DNA of 64,000 nucleotides from Vicugna vicugna. Lineage: Eukaryota. Below, one piece after another: positions 24,408 through 35,530 of the stretch; the first letter of the stretch is position 1, and every line of letters begins with the position of its first letter. A program made the position numbers and the translations under genes. The notes under the pieces were generated by a model. It saw only the letters and a program-made list of their open reading frames with translations, had not been told where the DNA came from and ran no database searches. Location of the stretch: NCBI GenBank assembly GCA_013265495.1, contig MU059330.1, positions 13,959,980 through 14,023,979 on the forward strand, in the 5' to 3' direction.

Positions 24408-24491
24408 TGACGTCGTCAGGAGGAAATGAAAGGAAAGCTGAAAGTGCCCGTGGTGGAGCTTTGCAGCGTCAGCTCTCGACAAGCAGGAAGT
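24408..24491 (+). promoter_or_regulatory. CRE + four IRF half-sites + ETS motif cluster
   Basis: TGACGTCGTCA (24408-24418); GAAA cores at 24423, 24428, 24433 and 24440; CAGGAAGT at 24484-24491. Confidence 0.35.
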
Positions 24492-24872
24492 TCTTCTGTG
24501 ACCCCATGTGGGCGCATGGCCGTGTCCAGGCCCCTCCGCCCCCAAGGCCCAGCCGGGGGCAGGTTCCAGCGCCCGGGGTCCGCATCCCTCTCCCAGGGTA
24601 GGTGCAGGAACTCTGCAGGGGTGGAGGCCAAAGGAGAGCAAAAACGGGCTGTTTTGGTCACAGTGGAGGCGGGGGGAGGGGGGCTCTGAACTACACAGGC
24701 GATTGGTGTGGACGGTGCTGCATGACGTCTGGCTCTGCGTCTGTCACAGCTTAAAACTGTACCTGATACCCCCGGGAGGAGCCCCAAGACCTACTCAAGG
24801 ATTCAGCATCTGCGGCTGTTATTTATTTGGTGTTTCCCCTTCTGTCATTGACAAAAATAAGAGCAGTGTTTC

Positions 24873-24973
24873 CACACACACACAGGCACACACACAGGCA
24901 CACAGACAGGCACACACATGCGCACACACACAGGCATGCACATGCACACATGCACACAGGCACGCAGTCACAC
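24873..24973. repeat. Compound CA-rich simple repeat, (CACACAGG/CACATG)n
   Basis: 'cacacacacacaggcacacacacaggcacacagacaggcacacacatgc...' read directly. Confidence 0.9.
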
Positions 24974-25471
24974 GGGAAGCAGCTCCACTCCTCCCCCTCC
25001 TCCACCCGGAGCCCGAGGACAGTGTGGCTGAGACTTCGGGTGGGCACCTGCCAGCCCCGGGATCCCAGTTTGTCCCTCTGGCCACAGGTCCCCCACCTGG
25101 GCAAATACCCACTCCTGCTCTGCCCATGTCCCCACCACTAATGACCCTCGAATGTGGGGGTCTGTGTGAGTGGGTGAGGTACATGGCGGCGTAATTCGCT
25201 AAGTCCCCCTCCTCCCTGGAGGCCTGGGCCCAGCGTGGCCTTCCCCCAGTGGCCCAACCACGTGTTCTCACGTGGACCATGCCATCAAAGGCAAGGACCC
25301 GTCTCCAGGGTGCATGTCACCCTGCTGGGGCAGCAAAAGCCTGGGAGCCCCTCCGGGATCTGCTGTGCCAGCAAGAGGAAGACAGCCCATCCAGGCCGGG
25401 TCAGCGTGGGGACTCCTCGGCTCGCCACTCCTGCCTCCCGGCCACAGACATGCCTGCTGCGTTGGCGTACG

Positions 25472-25800
25472 TGCTAAGTTGTTGCTGTGAACTGAACGGC
25501 GTCCCCCAGGGTCCCATGCCGCCCTGACCCCCGTGACCAGGGAGACGAGAGGTCGTCAAGGTGAGGTGAGGGCACAGCATGGGCGCTGACCCGACAGAAC
25601 TCGTGCCCTGGTGAGAAGAGACACCAGACTCCTTGCCGGGCGAGGGGACAGTGGGAAGGCAGCCGTCTGAGGAGGCCTCACCCGGAACCCAGCCCATGGC
25701 GCCCGGATCACAGACGTCCAGCCTCCAGACTGCAGGAAGCACATGTCTGTATTTCAGCCTCCAGGTCTGTGGTGCTGGTTTTGGCAGCTGAGCTAAGACA
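25472..25800 (+). mobile_element. MaLR solo LTR (MLT1A-like)
   Basis: 'gagaagagacaccag', 'gacgtccagcctccagactg' and terminal 'gctaagaca'. 5-bp TSD candidate gtacg (25467-25471) / gcacg (25801-25805). Confidence 0.8.
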
Positions 25801-26470
25801 GCACGCAGCCGAGGGCGCTCCCAAGCCTGCCCCCAGCTCTGCCCTCGTCTCAGCTGCAGTCTTGAACCCTGGCCCCTGGCTCCTCACCAAGAAGGCCAGC
25901 AAGAAACCCGGACGGGACGAGGCACGGACAGGGGCCCAGCTCGGGGCCATCCACGTGGGAGGAGGCCAGGTGGCGGTGTCCCCTCCACCAGAGCCACAGG
26001 ACGCATGGAAGGCGGTGGCCATGTGCAGCTCCACGCAGAGCAGCGTGGAGGCCTCACCAGCCCTATGCCTCCGCGGCCGCCCCGCGTGTCGCCAAGTCCG
26101 CCGTGGTGAGTGCGGCGCCTTCACTGTGGACCCCTTTCTCCCTCAGACAGAAGGTCTCTGAAGCAGAAAGGGCCTCTGGCCTCGTCCTGGGATGTCCACC
26201 CCGCAGCCCCTGCTTGGAAACCCTCCAGCCCTTCAGTGAAAAGACATTTTACAGGCAGAAATCACTCAGGGGCCAGGAAAACACAAGAGGGCCTGGATTC
26301 CTGGAGGGGGTGGGCAAAGAAAGAGAAAAGCAGACACTCCCCTGGCTTTGGGAGCTGAAAGTTCAAAACAGTTTTGCTTCGTCGCTAAGATTTAAGTACG
26401 TCCAGAAGAGCTCCTCTTCAGTGCCACCGATCCGAGGACGGGCAGGCTCGCTGTTGAAATTCACTGCCCC

Positions 26471-26501
26471 GGAGGGACGGAGGGACGGAGGGACGGAGGG
26501 A
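26471..26501. repeat. (GGAGGGAC)~4 short tandem repeat
   Basis: Read directly. Confidence 0.9.
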
Positions 26502-26539
26502 GTCAGGGAGCCTCCTCTACATGAGTAATGGGGGGAGCA

Positions 26540-27230
26540 GGTGGCTGCTTTGTGTTGGTAAATTGCATTTCTCTTTTTCAGAAATTCCGCTGTCGCCACG
26601 TGGCCTGATGAGACCCGGGCACACGCGCCCCCCGCCACCGCCGCCCGGGGCCTCTGCCCTCCCACCGCCTGCCCTGCGCCTGCCTGGGCGCCAGGAGCCC
26701 CGTCCACTTCCCTCTGAATTACCGTTGTAACGCGCTCGTTCCATTTACACAAAGCCTCGGCTTTGACACATGCAATTACTAAGAACACAGGGGCGGCATG
26801 ATTGCTAAGGGCCCCAGAAAGAGAGTTTAATCAGAAGACGGGGGTCTCCCCCCGACTTACAATTTCACTGCTTGCTATCCCTTATGTTCGTCTGTGTTCA
26901 GATAATTAGATACACTAGTTCTTGCTTCCCGAGAGGCCAGAAAGGGCAAAATTCCTATTCTTTTTACATTAAAAAGATTAAATTATAATACAGCAAATCT
27001 GTAACTTCGGGCAGAAATGACAAAGTCACACTACATTAATTCCAGTGCTTACAAACCGCTACAAACAATCGGTGTGTCCTCCCCCTCCTGTAGGTGCCTG
27101 TGAATTAATTACCTCTCCAGTTTCAATGTCTTTCAAGCCAGCTTTCCACAGACCACTCCGAAATCAAAAGAAACGGAGGTTTGATTTCCACTTGCCAAGT
27201 GTATTTGTTGGCACCGTTTAACCGTTTAAG
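26540..27230. promoter_or_regulatory. Long unique island rich in homeodomain motifs, candidate conserved non-coding element
   Basis: CAATTA 26773, TAATTA 26903, ATTAAT 27035, AATTAATTA 27103 and SOX-like AACAAT 27064. AT-rich amid GC-rich flanks; no repeat recognised. Confidence 0.45.
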
Positions 27231-27851
27231 CCCGTGTACACGTCCCGGGGAGCAGGGATGTTAACGGAGTGCCCGCTCGCCCAGGCACCGTGCGAAGCTG
27301 CGCAGTGCCCGGGACTGGTAGTTATGACCCGGAAGGGACAGACTTCCACCCGACACTTCGCGGAAACCCCAGAGGAGAGCCGGCTGAGCACCCCGGTCAG
27401 CGGCTCTGAAAGGAGGAATCTTTCCAGGGCTCGAGCCTCACACGGGGCCTGTGGGGTGTCTGGGGACGGTTTCCAGCTCCACTTATTTGTCCAAAGGATG
27501 AGGAGTTGAGGCTCAGCCGAGTCGGGCCCCATGCCGAACACTGGGAGGCAGCTCTCAGCAAACAGGTGTGGTGGGGGCCCAGTGCCCCGCACGGGGCAGG
27601 GGTGCTCAGCGTGGTGACCCCCCACCTGGGTAAAGGTGGCCTTTCCCTGGGTCTGTATGTGGGGTCTCTATGGACAGGGCCAGACACTCCCCAGCCACAC
27701 TCCTGAGCCCAAGGAATGTCATCTCCCGGGGCCACACGGCCAGAAGTTCACCCAATACAGGGCTGTGGTAGTGACCTGGGGCGGGGACACCAGAGAACAT
27801 GTGGACACGCTGGGGGTAGGGGCGGGACCCCAGAGGCCGCTGCTCAGCCCT

Positions 27852-27902
27852 GGGGGTGGGGGGTGGGGGGGCTGGACACGGGAGGGTGGACGGGGTTGGG
27901 GG
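27852..27902 (+). other. G-quadruplex-forming sequence
   Basis: GGGGG-T-GGGGGG-T-GGGGGGG...GGG-A-GGG...GGGG-TT-GGGGG: seven runs of three or more G. Confidence 0.65.
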
Positions 27903-28784
27903 CTGCAGCCAGAGCACATCCTGAGCTGACCACGCGTGTGAGGCTGGAATGAGGATGGGGAGCTGAGCCCCCTTCGCCTCCCTCTGTCTCAGCCTCTGTC
28001 TCTCTCCCTCCCCATCCCCGCCTGCTCCCTCCTCCATGATCCTGAGGCCCTGGGTAAGGAGCGAGCGGGGGTCCAGTCCTGCTCAGGAAGACTGTCCTGT
28101 GGTCCTGTTACTATTGCTGGAGGGAGAGTGCCCCCCAGAGCCAGGGTGGCTGTGGGCAGGGCGGCCAGGGGCTGCAGAGGGAAGTGGGCCTTGGAGGGAG
28201 TGCGGGCGGTGCTGGGGGCGGGAAGGCGGGGCGGACACGAGCCCTTTCTGCCCCCAGCCCTGCGGGCAGGCGGCTAAACCCAGGTGTCAGGCCTCCGCTC
28301 CTCGGTGGGTTCTTCCGTGGGGAGAGAGCAGCAGGGGAGGGGACTCGAGTGACACTTTGTGCGGCCCCTCCCACGTCCCCCCCCTGCAGGGCACCTGCTG
28401 TGGTTCCCCAGGGCTGGGAGCACCGTCCTGCACCTCGGCTCCCGCGGCCTCGCTGGTCCCAGGCGGCCTCTGGCCATTCCTCCTGCGTGGGCTCAGCCGT
28501 CTCGTGGGACCCGGCGCTGGGGAGGCCAGAGAAACCCGGCAGAACTCTCTTCTGTCATAAACGAACTTACTTGCTTAAAAACAGTGTCCAGCTGGTGACC
28601 TGCCTATCGCTGTGTCAGTGGATCGGTGTGTCCCTCCGTCCTTCCATGGGCCCGTCTGGGCACCTGCGTGGGGTCAGGCAGCACTGGGCCCTCCCTGACC
28701 TCCCTGACGTCCCAGACGCAAAGCCGCTGTGACTCCAGCTCCAGCTTCCTGGCCGACCCGGGAACGCCGCGGCCTCCGTGCGCA

Positions 28785-28800
28785 GCACCAGGGGGCACTG
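28785..28800 (+). promoter_or_regulatory. Candidate CTCF site
   Basis: GCACCAGGGGGCACTG; one mismatch at the first core position. Motif only. Confidence 0.45.
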
Positions 28801-31800
28801 TGGTCACGGCCAGTCCTGCTGGAACCTGGGCCACACGGTCCTGGCTTAGGAGGCAGCCTCGGACGGCACGTGGATGGCCAGTACCAATGCTGCCCGCTCT
28901 CTTGAGGGTCCCCTGGATTCAGCAAGGGCCTCAGCTCAATACAGAGCCTGCTGCAGTCACCCCGTTCACAGGCCCCCCACCTCCCTCCCCGCCTCGGAAA
29001 TGGCCTCCTGGAGTCCTGTCCACGGACGTGGGGGCGGGAGCCGCGGAAAACCTGCGTCAACTTCTCCGAGCTCCTCCCTCCTACACAGTTGCACACACCT
29101 GTGAAAACACGCACACGTGTGCGCAGGCAGCTGCACAGGGCCCGAGACCCACGCACGTGCTTGCCCGCGGACACGGCAGCCGGAGGTGCTCACGGACAGC
29201 CACACGTGACCCCAGGTGCAGCGTGTGCTTGCACACCGGCACACCAGGGCTGCACACGCTCCCTCACACCCTCACACGTACCCCAGGAGGACGGGGCTCT
29301 GGTGGGGGACCGAGGCTGTCAGGAGAGCCCCCGTCCTGTCCCCGGTCCCCATGGTGCTGACCTGCTTTGGGGAAGCCTTTCCCTGGAGCCCGAGGGAGGA
29401 AGACAACTGCAGGGACCAGCGTTTCCCAGGGAGGCCAGCACGGATGCCGTCACCAGGGAGGTTCTGGCTGCACTGGCGCTGGGGCGGGTACAAGCCAGGT
29501 ATCAGGCAGGCGCAGTGTCTCACGCCAGCACCGTCGCTGTCCTAGCCGTGAAAGTGGCAGGAGCCTGCCTTTGTGGCTGGACGGCCAGCACGTGCGTGGA
29601 AAGCTCTGGAAGCCCAGCCCACGTTTACCCTCCCTGGTGACCCCGATCCTGCCCCACACCTTCTGACTCGTTGCACTGAAGGTGGTCCCCACACACCCAG
29701 CAGGTCCCTGGACCTCGGTGATACTCAGCTCCCTGGGCCCCTGCCGACCGACAAGACTTCTGGGGATGGGCCTGGGGACCTGCATGGAGCCTGGGAGCCT
29801 AGGTGGGGGCTCAGAGATGGGCCTGGTATGGGCCCCCCCTCTATTCTGGTGCTCCCTTGCCTCCATCCCTCTGAAGGATGGGCTCTGACCTCTGCCCACA
29901 GTCCCCAGCTGTGGGGGCAGGAAAGGCCCCAGGCCCCTGATCAGCGCCCCCAGCATGCCATCCCCCACTCCTGCCCTGCCCTCCCCTGCAGACTGGGGGC
30001 TTTGGGGGGCACCCCTCTCCTCTCGCCGGAGGCTGGGTCCTTGCATCCTCCCTCAAGGGCCTTACAAGCCTGTCCGGAAGGCGGCCGGCCTGCCCATGGC
30101 GTGCAGACAGTGGCCACCGCAGGTCACAGCCGCTGTGAGGATGGGCCTGGGCGGACCGGAGTGAATCACCCAAAACGCACCGCCCGGCATGAGGATGGCT
30201 GAGGGCTGAGGGCTGAGGGCAGTGGGCGGAGTAGCAGACCCCTCCGCCTGGAGGCGGGCCACAGTTTCCCTCGGGACGGGGCGCCCGCTTCTGGGGCCTG
30301 CAGGGAGGCCGCCTGGGCACCAGAGGCTCAGCTGTCCCACACTTTGCCTCCCCTCCTCCCTTTCTTGTCACTTCTTGAAATTTAGCCTCCTTGGTCAAAG
30401 AGGGTAAAATTCCCAAGCCTAGTCTTTGCTTTGGGTTTTTATCTTCTTTCTGTGAAGCCTCCCCTGTCCCCAGGAACATGAAACCAACATCAAATAAATG
30501 CGCATTATTTTCTCCTGTGAGTCCGTCTGTGGTCACAGACCCGGCAGAGAGCCCACGACGGCAGAGGACAGCCTTCCCCACTGCAGCCTTGAGAAGGGGT
30601 CTCCCAGTCGGCCGGGGCCTCAGGGCTGGGCTGGGCTGTCCCGTGGCCTGAGAGGACACTGGGGACCTCGGAGGAGAGAGCAGGAGCGTCCTGGGGGTGG
30701 GGCTGACCCCGGGGGGGCAGGCGCCCCCCCAGGACCCCGAGGCAGCCGAGACAGACCCGCCCCGCAGCCCCGGCCATCCCGGGCTCCGGCCTGTGCGCGT
30801 CCCACTGCTCAGGCGGCTGGGTCTGAGGCTGAGTCATCGCGCTCCCACTCATGTGGGAAAGAGGATGAGCACCAGGTGTAGGGGGCCCCCGGGAGGGGAG
30901 GCGGGGGGAGAAGTCCCTGAAATGAACACCTGTTAGAAAAAAACCATTTTATTGCATTTTTTAAAAATTCAACAAGCGCTGCAGACACACAGCAAGCGGT
31001 GAGACACGCAGACAGCATTAGAGGCAGCGCCCGGCCCCTCCGGCTGGGGCACCACCCGAACTGCCGAGTCCCACCTCAGCCTCCCTGGATCTGTGCGAAC
31101 TCGCAGGGCACGCATCAGCAGGACGCCTCACATCCCCACCCTGCCGGCCACGCCCCGACTCGCTCTTGCGCGATGTCCACAGGGCTCGGGGCGTGTTCCA
31201 GGTGCCGCTGGTTGGGGGTCGGGGGGACGAACCAGGTCCACATGTGATGCAGCAGATCATGAGTCACGACACTGGGAGGTGAAGCCGAGGCCTCTGGAGG
31301 CAATGTGTGCTCTGATTTGCGTAATTTTGTTCAGAATTGTTGCGCAGCAGCATTATTTAGAACGTTTGCCTCTTTCATGGGGTCATCATCGGGTTTTGTT
31401 AAACGGGGTGAGCATCTTCTGGGGACGGGGTCTCTGGGGGGCGAGCCTCTCCTCCAACAAGGAGGGGGAGTGGGGACACGCATGCATCTCGTATCAGTTC
31501 AGGGGAAAGCAGAGCGTTCTAAGTGCGGTCCAGAAAACAGGTTAACGCTGTTAGGAAAGGATCCCTGTTGGTGCTGAGGGTGACCTGGGGTGGCGTCAAG
31601 TATGTATATAAACACCTATTTCTCATCTGATCCCAGGGAGACTCCTAAGCCTTGATTTGCAGAAGGTCACCTGTAGGTGAAGGAGAACAGGTAGGGAGAA
31701 GTGGGGCCCAGAGCGGGTCCTCTTCGAGGAGGACACGAGCCCCCCTGCACCCCCCACCCCGCGTGGGACTTGAGAGCAGCAGTGCGCCGGCTGCAGGAGC

Positions 31801-32439
31801 CACACTCCCCGTGGGACCCATCCCCCGGCAGTGCTCTTAATTTTTATTCTTTTCTGTCCACTTTAAATACACTCTAAGTTCCCAAAGACTGCATTTATTG
31901 ATTTTATGACGGGACAAGAGAAAGATACAGCAGGGCTCCCCTTCAGATCTTAGAGGAGTGATTCCGGCCCCAAGAGGCACCCCCTGAGGAGAGCAGAGAT
32001 CCTGAGCAGGAGCCCAGCCCCAAGGCCACTCTCTCCCTCACCCTGTGTCTAAAGAAACCCCCCACCCTGTTTCAAACCCTGGGCTGCCGGCGGCCCCCTC
32101 CTCCCCATCCCCACTGTGGGGCCGCCTGCCTCTGTGGGCCTGTGCCCACCTGACCCGCCCAGCACCTCGGGGTCCTCGGGCCTGTGGGCCCCCTGACCAT
32201 CACCCGCTCTCTGCCCCAGGTGCCTGTCAGACTCCGGCCCGGCCCCCTCCTCCCGCAGCGGCCAGTCCCCAGCAGACACCTGCCCCCTCCGGGGCCTTCC
32301 CGGACCCGCCCGTGCCCGCCCCCCACTCCAGGACTGTTCAGCCGCCAACAGTCACGTGGTGACTTACACTCACTCCGGTCATCCCAGGACTCTGAGGGCC
32401 TCTGCCCCCCGGCGGTGCTTCCCTGGGCAGAGGCTCGGC

Positions 32440-32900
32440 CCGGAGAGCGGGGCCCCAGCGGATCGGGCCGCACGCGGCTGGAACGCGGGAGACCCAGCCC
32501 GGCGAGCACAGGCTCGGGGACCCAGGGAGGACACAGCACCCACGGGGAGAACGCGGCTCCCGCCCGCCCCGCCGCCGCCCCGCCGCCCGCGGAGCCCCCA
32601 GCTTGCCGCCCGCGCTGGGCTCCTCTCGCCACACGGTGGCGCTGTGGGCTCAGGCGCCCAGGAACCCGGGGGCTCGGGGACGTTTCTTCCGCAGAGACGG
32701 CCTCACGTCGCGGTCAGCGCACGGCAAGCCCGCAGCAGAGGAGAACGAGCAGCGGAGGACGGAGGGCGAGTCACAACCGCTGGAACCGTTGTAGACAGCC
32801 CCGCACCTCCCTGTAAAACCACCCGTAAACCACGCCCGAGACGTGCCCTTACTGGCCAGAGACGCTCCAGCGCAGCGTCAGGGAAAACAGCAGGTCACCG
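32440..32900. promoter_or_regulatory. Orphan CpG-island-like element with GC boxes
   Basis: Dense CpG; overlapping CCGCCC boxes at ~32558-32592; CTCF-like CCACACGGTGGCGCT at 32629-32643. No downstream exon recognised. Confidence 0.5.
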
Positions 32901-33484
32901 AGCAGAATGAGCCGCGTGGCCGCTCTGAGAGGTTTTGCTTTGAAACGCTTCTTTAATAGTGAGCTGGTACCTGGCCGTGCTCTCTGGGCGAGGGTAAGAG
33001 GGAGGCCGTGCTCACGCTGGTCACAGGCATGCACACGCACACTCTCCAGGGAGTCGCCTTAACAAAATCACTAAGGCCCCCGGGGTCCAGGCAGGCGTCC
33101 TCAGAGGAGCATCTTGTCCTGTCTTTGCAAGGTGGAGTGTTCCAAAGCGGCCCCCGGGGGCTCCCCATCCCGGGGGTCTTACTGGAAGCAACGTGTCTCT
33201 CCCCCAGGCTGGGAGGAGTCACCTGGGCTGCCCCAGATCCCCACACTCCCCGTCACCGAGGAGCAAGCCAGTTTATGAACTCAGGTCAGCTTTGCCCCAG
33301 GAGCCTGGCTTCCACCAGCCCCCCTGAGCTGAGCCCACCCACAGCGCTGGGTCAGAACCCGAATTCCTGCGTGTCCCCTGCTGGCTTTGGGCCACACGCT
33401 CTCTGGGAGGCGCCCCGGGCTGGAGCACTCCAGCAGGTCCAGCTGGCAGAGCCCTCCCCTGGGGGCTCAGGCAGTAATGCTGTC

Positions 33485-33555
33485 ATATATATGTGTATAT
33501 ATATATAAAACATTTTTTATTGAGTTATAGTCATTTTACAATGTTGTGTTGGACG
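33485..33555 (-). mobile_element. Young camelid L1 3' tail (~70 bp) with (TA)n tail
   Basis: 'aaaacattttttattgagttatagtcattttacaatgttgtgtt' matches the camelid L1 end essentially unchanged. TSD gtaatg(c/t)tgtc at 33474-33484 and 33556-33566. Confidence 0.8.
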
Positions 33556-34122
33556 GTAATGTTGTCTTGACCTGGGAGGTCTGAGGACTAGGTGCCAGGT
33601 GCTGTTCACCTGTTCCCCTGCAGCATCTGGAAGAGGTGCGAGTCCACGGCTGTCACAGAGCAAGAGCCAAGCAGGGACCCAGAAGCCATGGCGCCCCCTT
33701 TCTTGACCTTTCCACCTCGGAGCGCCTGCCCACAGCCTTGGACGAGTCAGGCTCCAGGCGTCAGGGGCCATTGGAGGCCGCACAGAAGGCTAGAGAACTG
33801 TCCTGGCTGGCTCGCATCTCTGATGGTCCTTCGTATATCCTTGGGGGGAGGGCGGCCCGGGGGAAGGGCTGGTGAGGCGCGTTCCGGCAGGGCATAGGGA
33901 CAGTTACCTGCAGGGATGCAGAGGGAGAGGGGAGGCACCGCCCTCAGCCACCAGTGCAGGGGCCTGGGTTGAGCACTGGTGCGCACCTCAGTGACTCCTC
34001 TACAGGACACTCAGGCCATCTGGAAGCTTTCCCGAGGCCTGCCCGCCGCCACTGACCCTCGACCCCTGAGACCTGCCTCCCATGGCTCACTCGAAAGCCT
34101 CCTTGTCAGTTTCCTCACAATC

Positions 34123-34509
34123 TGTGTCATGGGTTGAACTGTGTCCATGCACATTCATGGTGGAAGTCCTACCTCCCAGCATCTATGAATATGACCTTGT
34201 TGGAGATGGGGCCTCACAGAGGTAATCAAGTCAAGGTGGGGTCATGAGAGTGAGCACTGACCCAGCAGGACCCGTGTCCTCAGAGGAAGAATGACACGTG
34301 AACAGAAAGGCACAGGGAACAGTGATGGTGCGAAGACGCAGCGGGGAGACGGCCGTCCACATGCCCAGGAGAGAGGCCTGGAGCAGAGGGGACCAGCCTC
34401 CAACACCTGACCTTGGACTTCCAGCCTCCAGAACCGGGAGTCCACAGACATCCAGGGTTTCAGGCACCCGTCTGAGGCAGTTGGTTACGGCCACCACGCA
34501 CACTGATCA
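34123..34509 (+). mobile_element. MaLR solo LTR (MLT1B/C-like)
   Basis: Starts 'tgtgtcatgggttgaactgtgtcc'; contains 'gaatatgaccttgttggagatgg', 'gaggtaatcaagtcaaggtgg' and 'ccttggacttccagcctccagaac'; ends 'cactgatca'. Confidence 0.88.
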
Positions 34510-35284
34510 CCTCTGACAGGTGCCCTCGGGTGGGCGCCCGGCCGGTGCTAACAGGTGCTCACGCTTCTGCTGCCAAGGGCAGGGGCCAGGTGCCCAGACC
34601 TGTGTTTCTGGAGGGAAACCACAGGTGGAGTCCAAACCCTGCCGCTGGCCACCTGGACCTGTCACTGTGGCCTCCCAGGTCCAACAGCTGGTGAAATGGG
34701 AGCCGGGCAGACAGGGGAGCCTGGAGGAGCACGCCCCACTCCGGCCAAGAAGGAGGGGCACCTGGGCTGGCCTGAGGTCACCTCTGGCCTGAGACCATCA
34801 TAGCAGACTGGGGGCCGAGCTGGAGGCAGGAGCTCTTCCCAGGCAGGTCCGCAGGCAGGGGAAGTGGCCCAGGCAAAGGGGACGGGGACGGGGGACAGGC
34901 CGGTGGGCTTGGAGAAGCAGCCCACGCAGGCAGGAGTGGGTGGCGCTGGCAGGCCAGGGGCCGGTTCCCAGGCACGCCCGGCCTGTCGGTTCTAGTTAAC
35001 CATGCAGGGCGGCTCTGGCCTTGACGCGAACTTCCGGGTGTGTCTTGTGGCCTCCCGGCCAGTTTCCCCAAATGGTTCGTTTCTCTAGAGTCAGGATCTC
35101 CCCAAGCAGAAAGCAGAACTCTTTCCTAACAGATTTAAGAACCATGAAAAGAAGATGAAAACGTCCATGAAAGACGACTACATTTAACCACGTCCGAGTG
35201 ATCAGAACAGTGTGGGGGACAAAAGGAAGGAAAACCAAACGAGAGACTGAGACAGGACCACGCTGGGCGCGCTGGAGGGGTGAT

Positions 35285-35530
35285 GTCTGTTTTCTTAAGC
35301 TCCTACAAGTCAACGAGGAAAAGACGAAAGCTCAGGGGAGAGTGTGAACACGTACCTCCAAGGCAGGAAAAGCAAGTGGCCCAAAGCATGTGACACGTTG
35401 CTGGACTTCGCGGTCAGGCGGGCACACACGAGGGGGCATCTCCAGGGACGGCGGGGCCCGGAACACGAGCCCTCGCTGCAGCTGCCGCTTCCCTGGGGGT
35501 GAGGTGGGCATGTCTGTGGTTGGAGGCCCT
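35285..35530 (+). mobile_element. L1 ORF2 3' fragment, GC-shifted
   Basis: 'aagctcctacaagtcaacgaggaaaagacg' and 'gcaagtggcccaaagcatgtgacacgttgct' correspond to 'gagctcctacaaatcaataagaaaaagac...caaatggccaataaacatatgaaaagatgct'. Confidence 0.65.

Noticed and set aside
26566-26581. Strong-looking 3' splice site (ttgcatttctctttttcag)
   Set aside because: No matching donor or coding frame identified; such sites are common by chance. RNA-seq would be needed.
29335-29361. REST/RE1-like half sites (TCAGCACC ... GGACAG on the minus strand)
   Set aside because: Spacing is non-canonical and the right half is poor.
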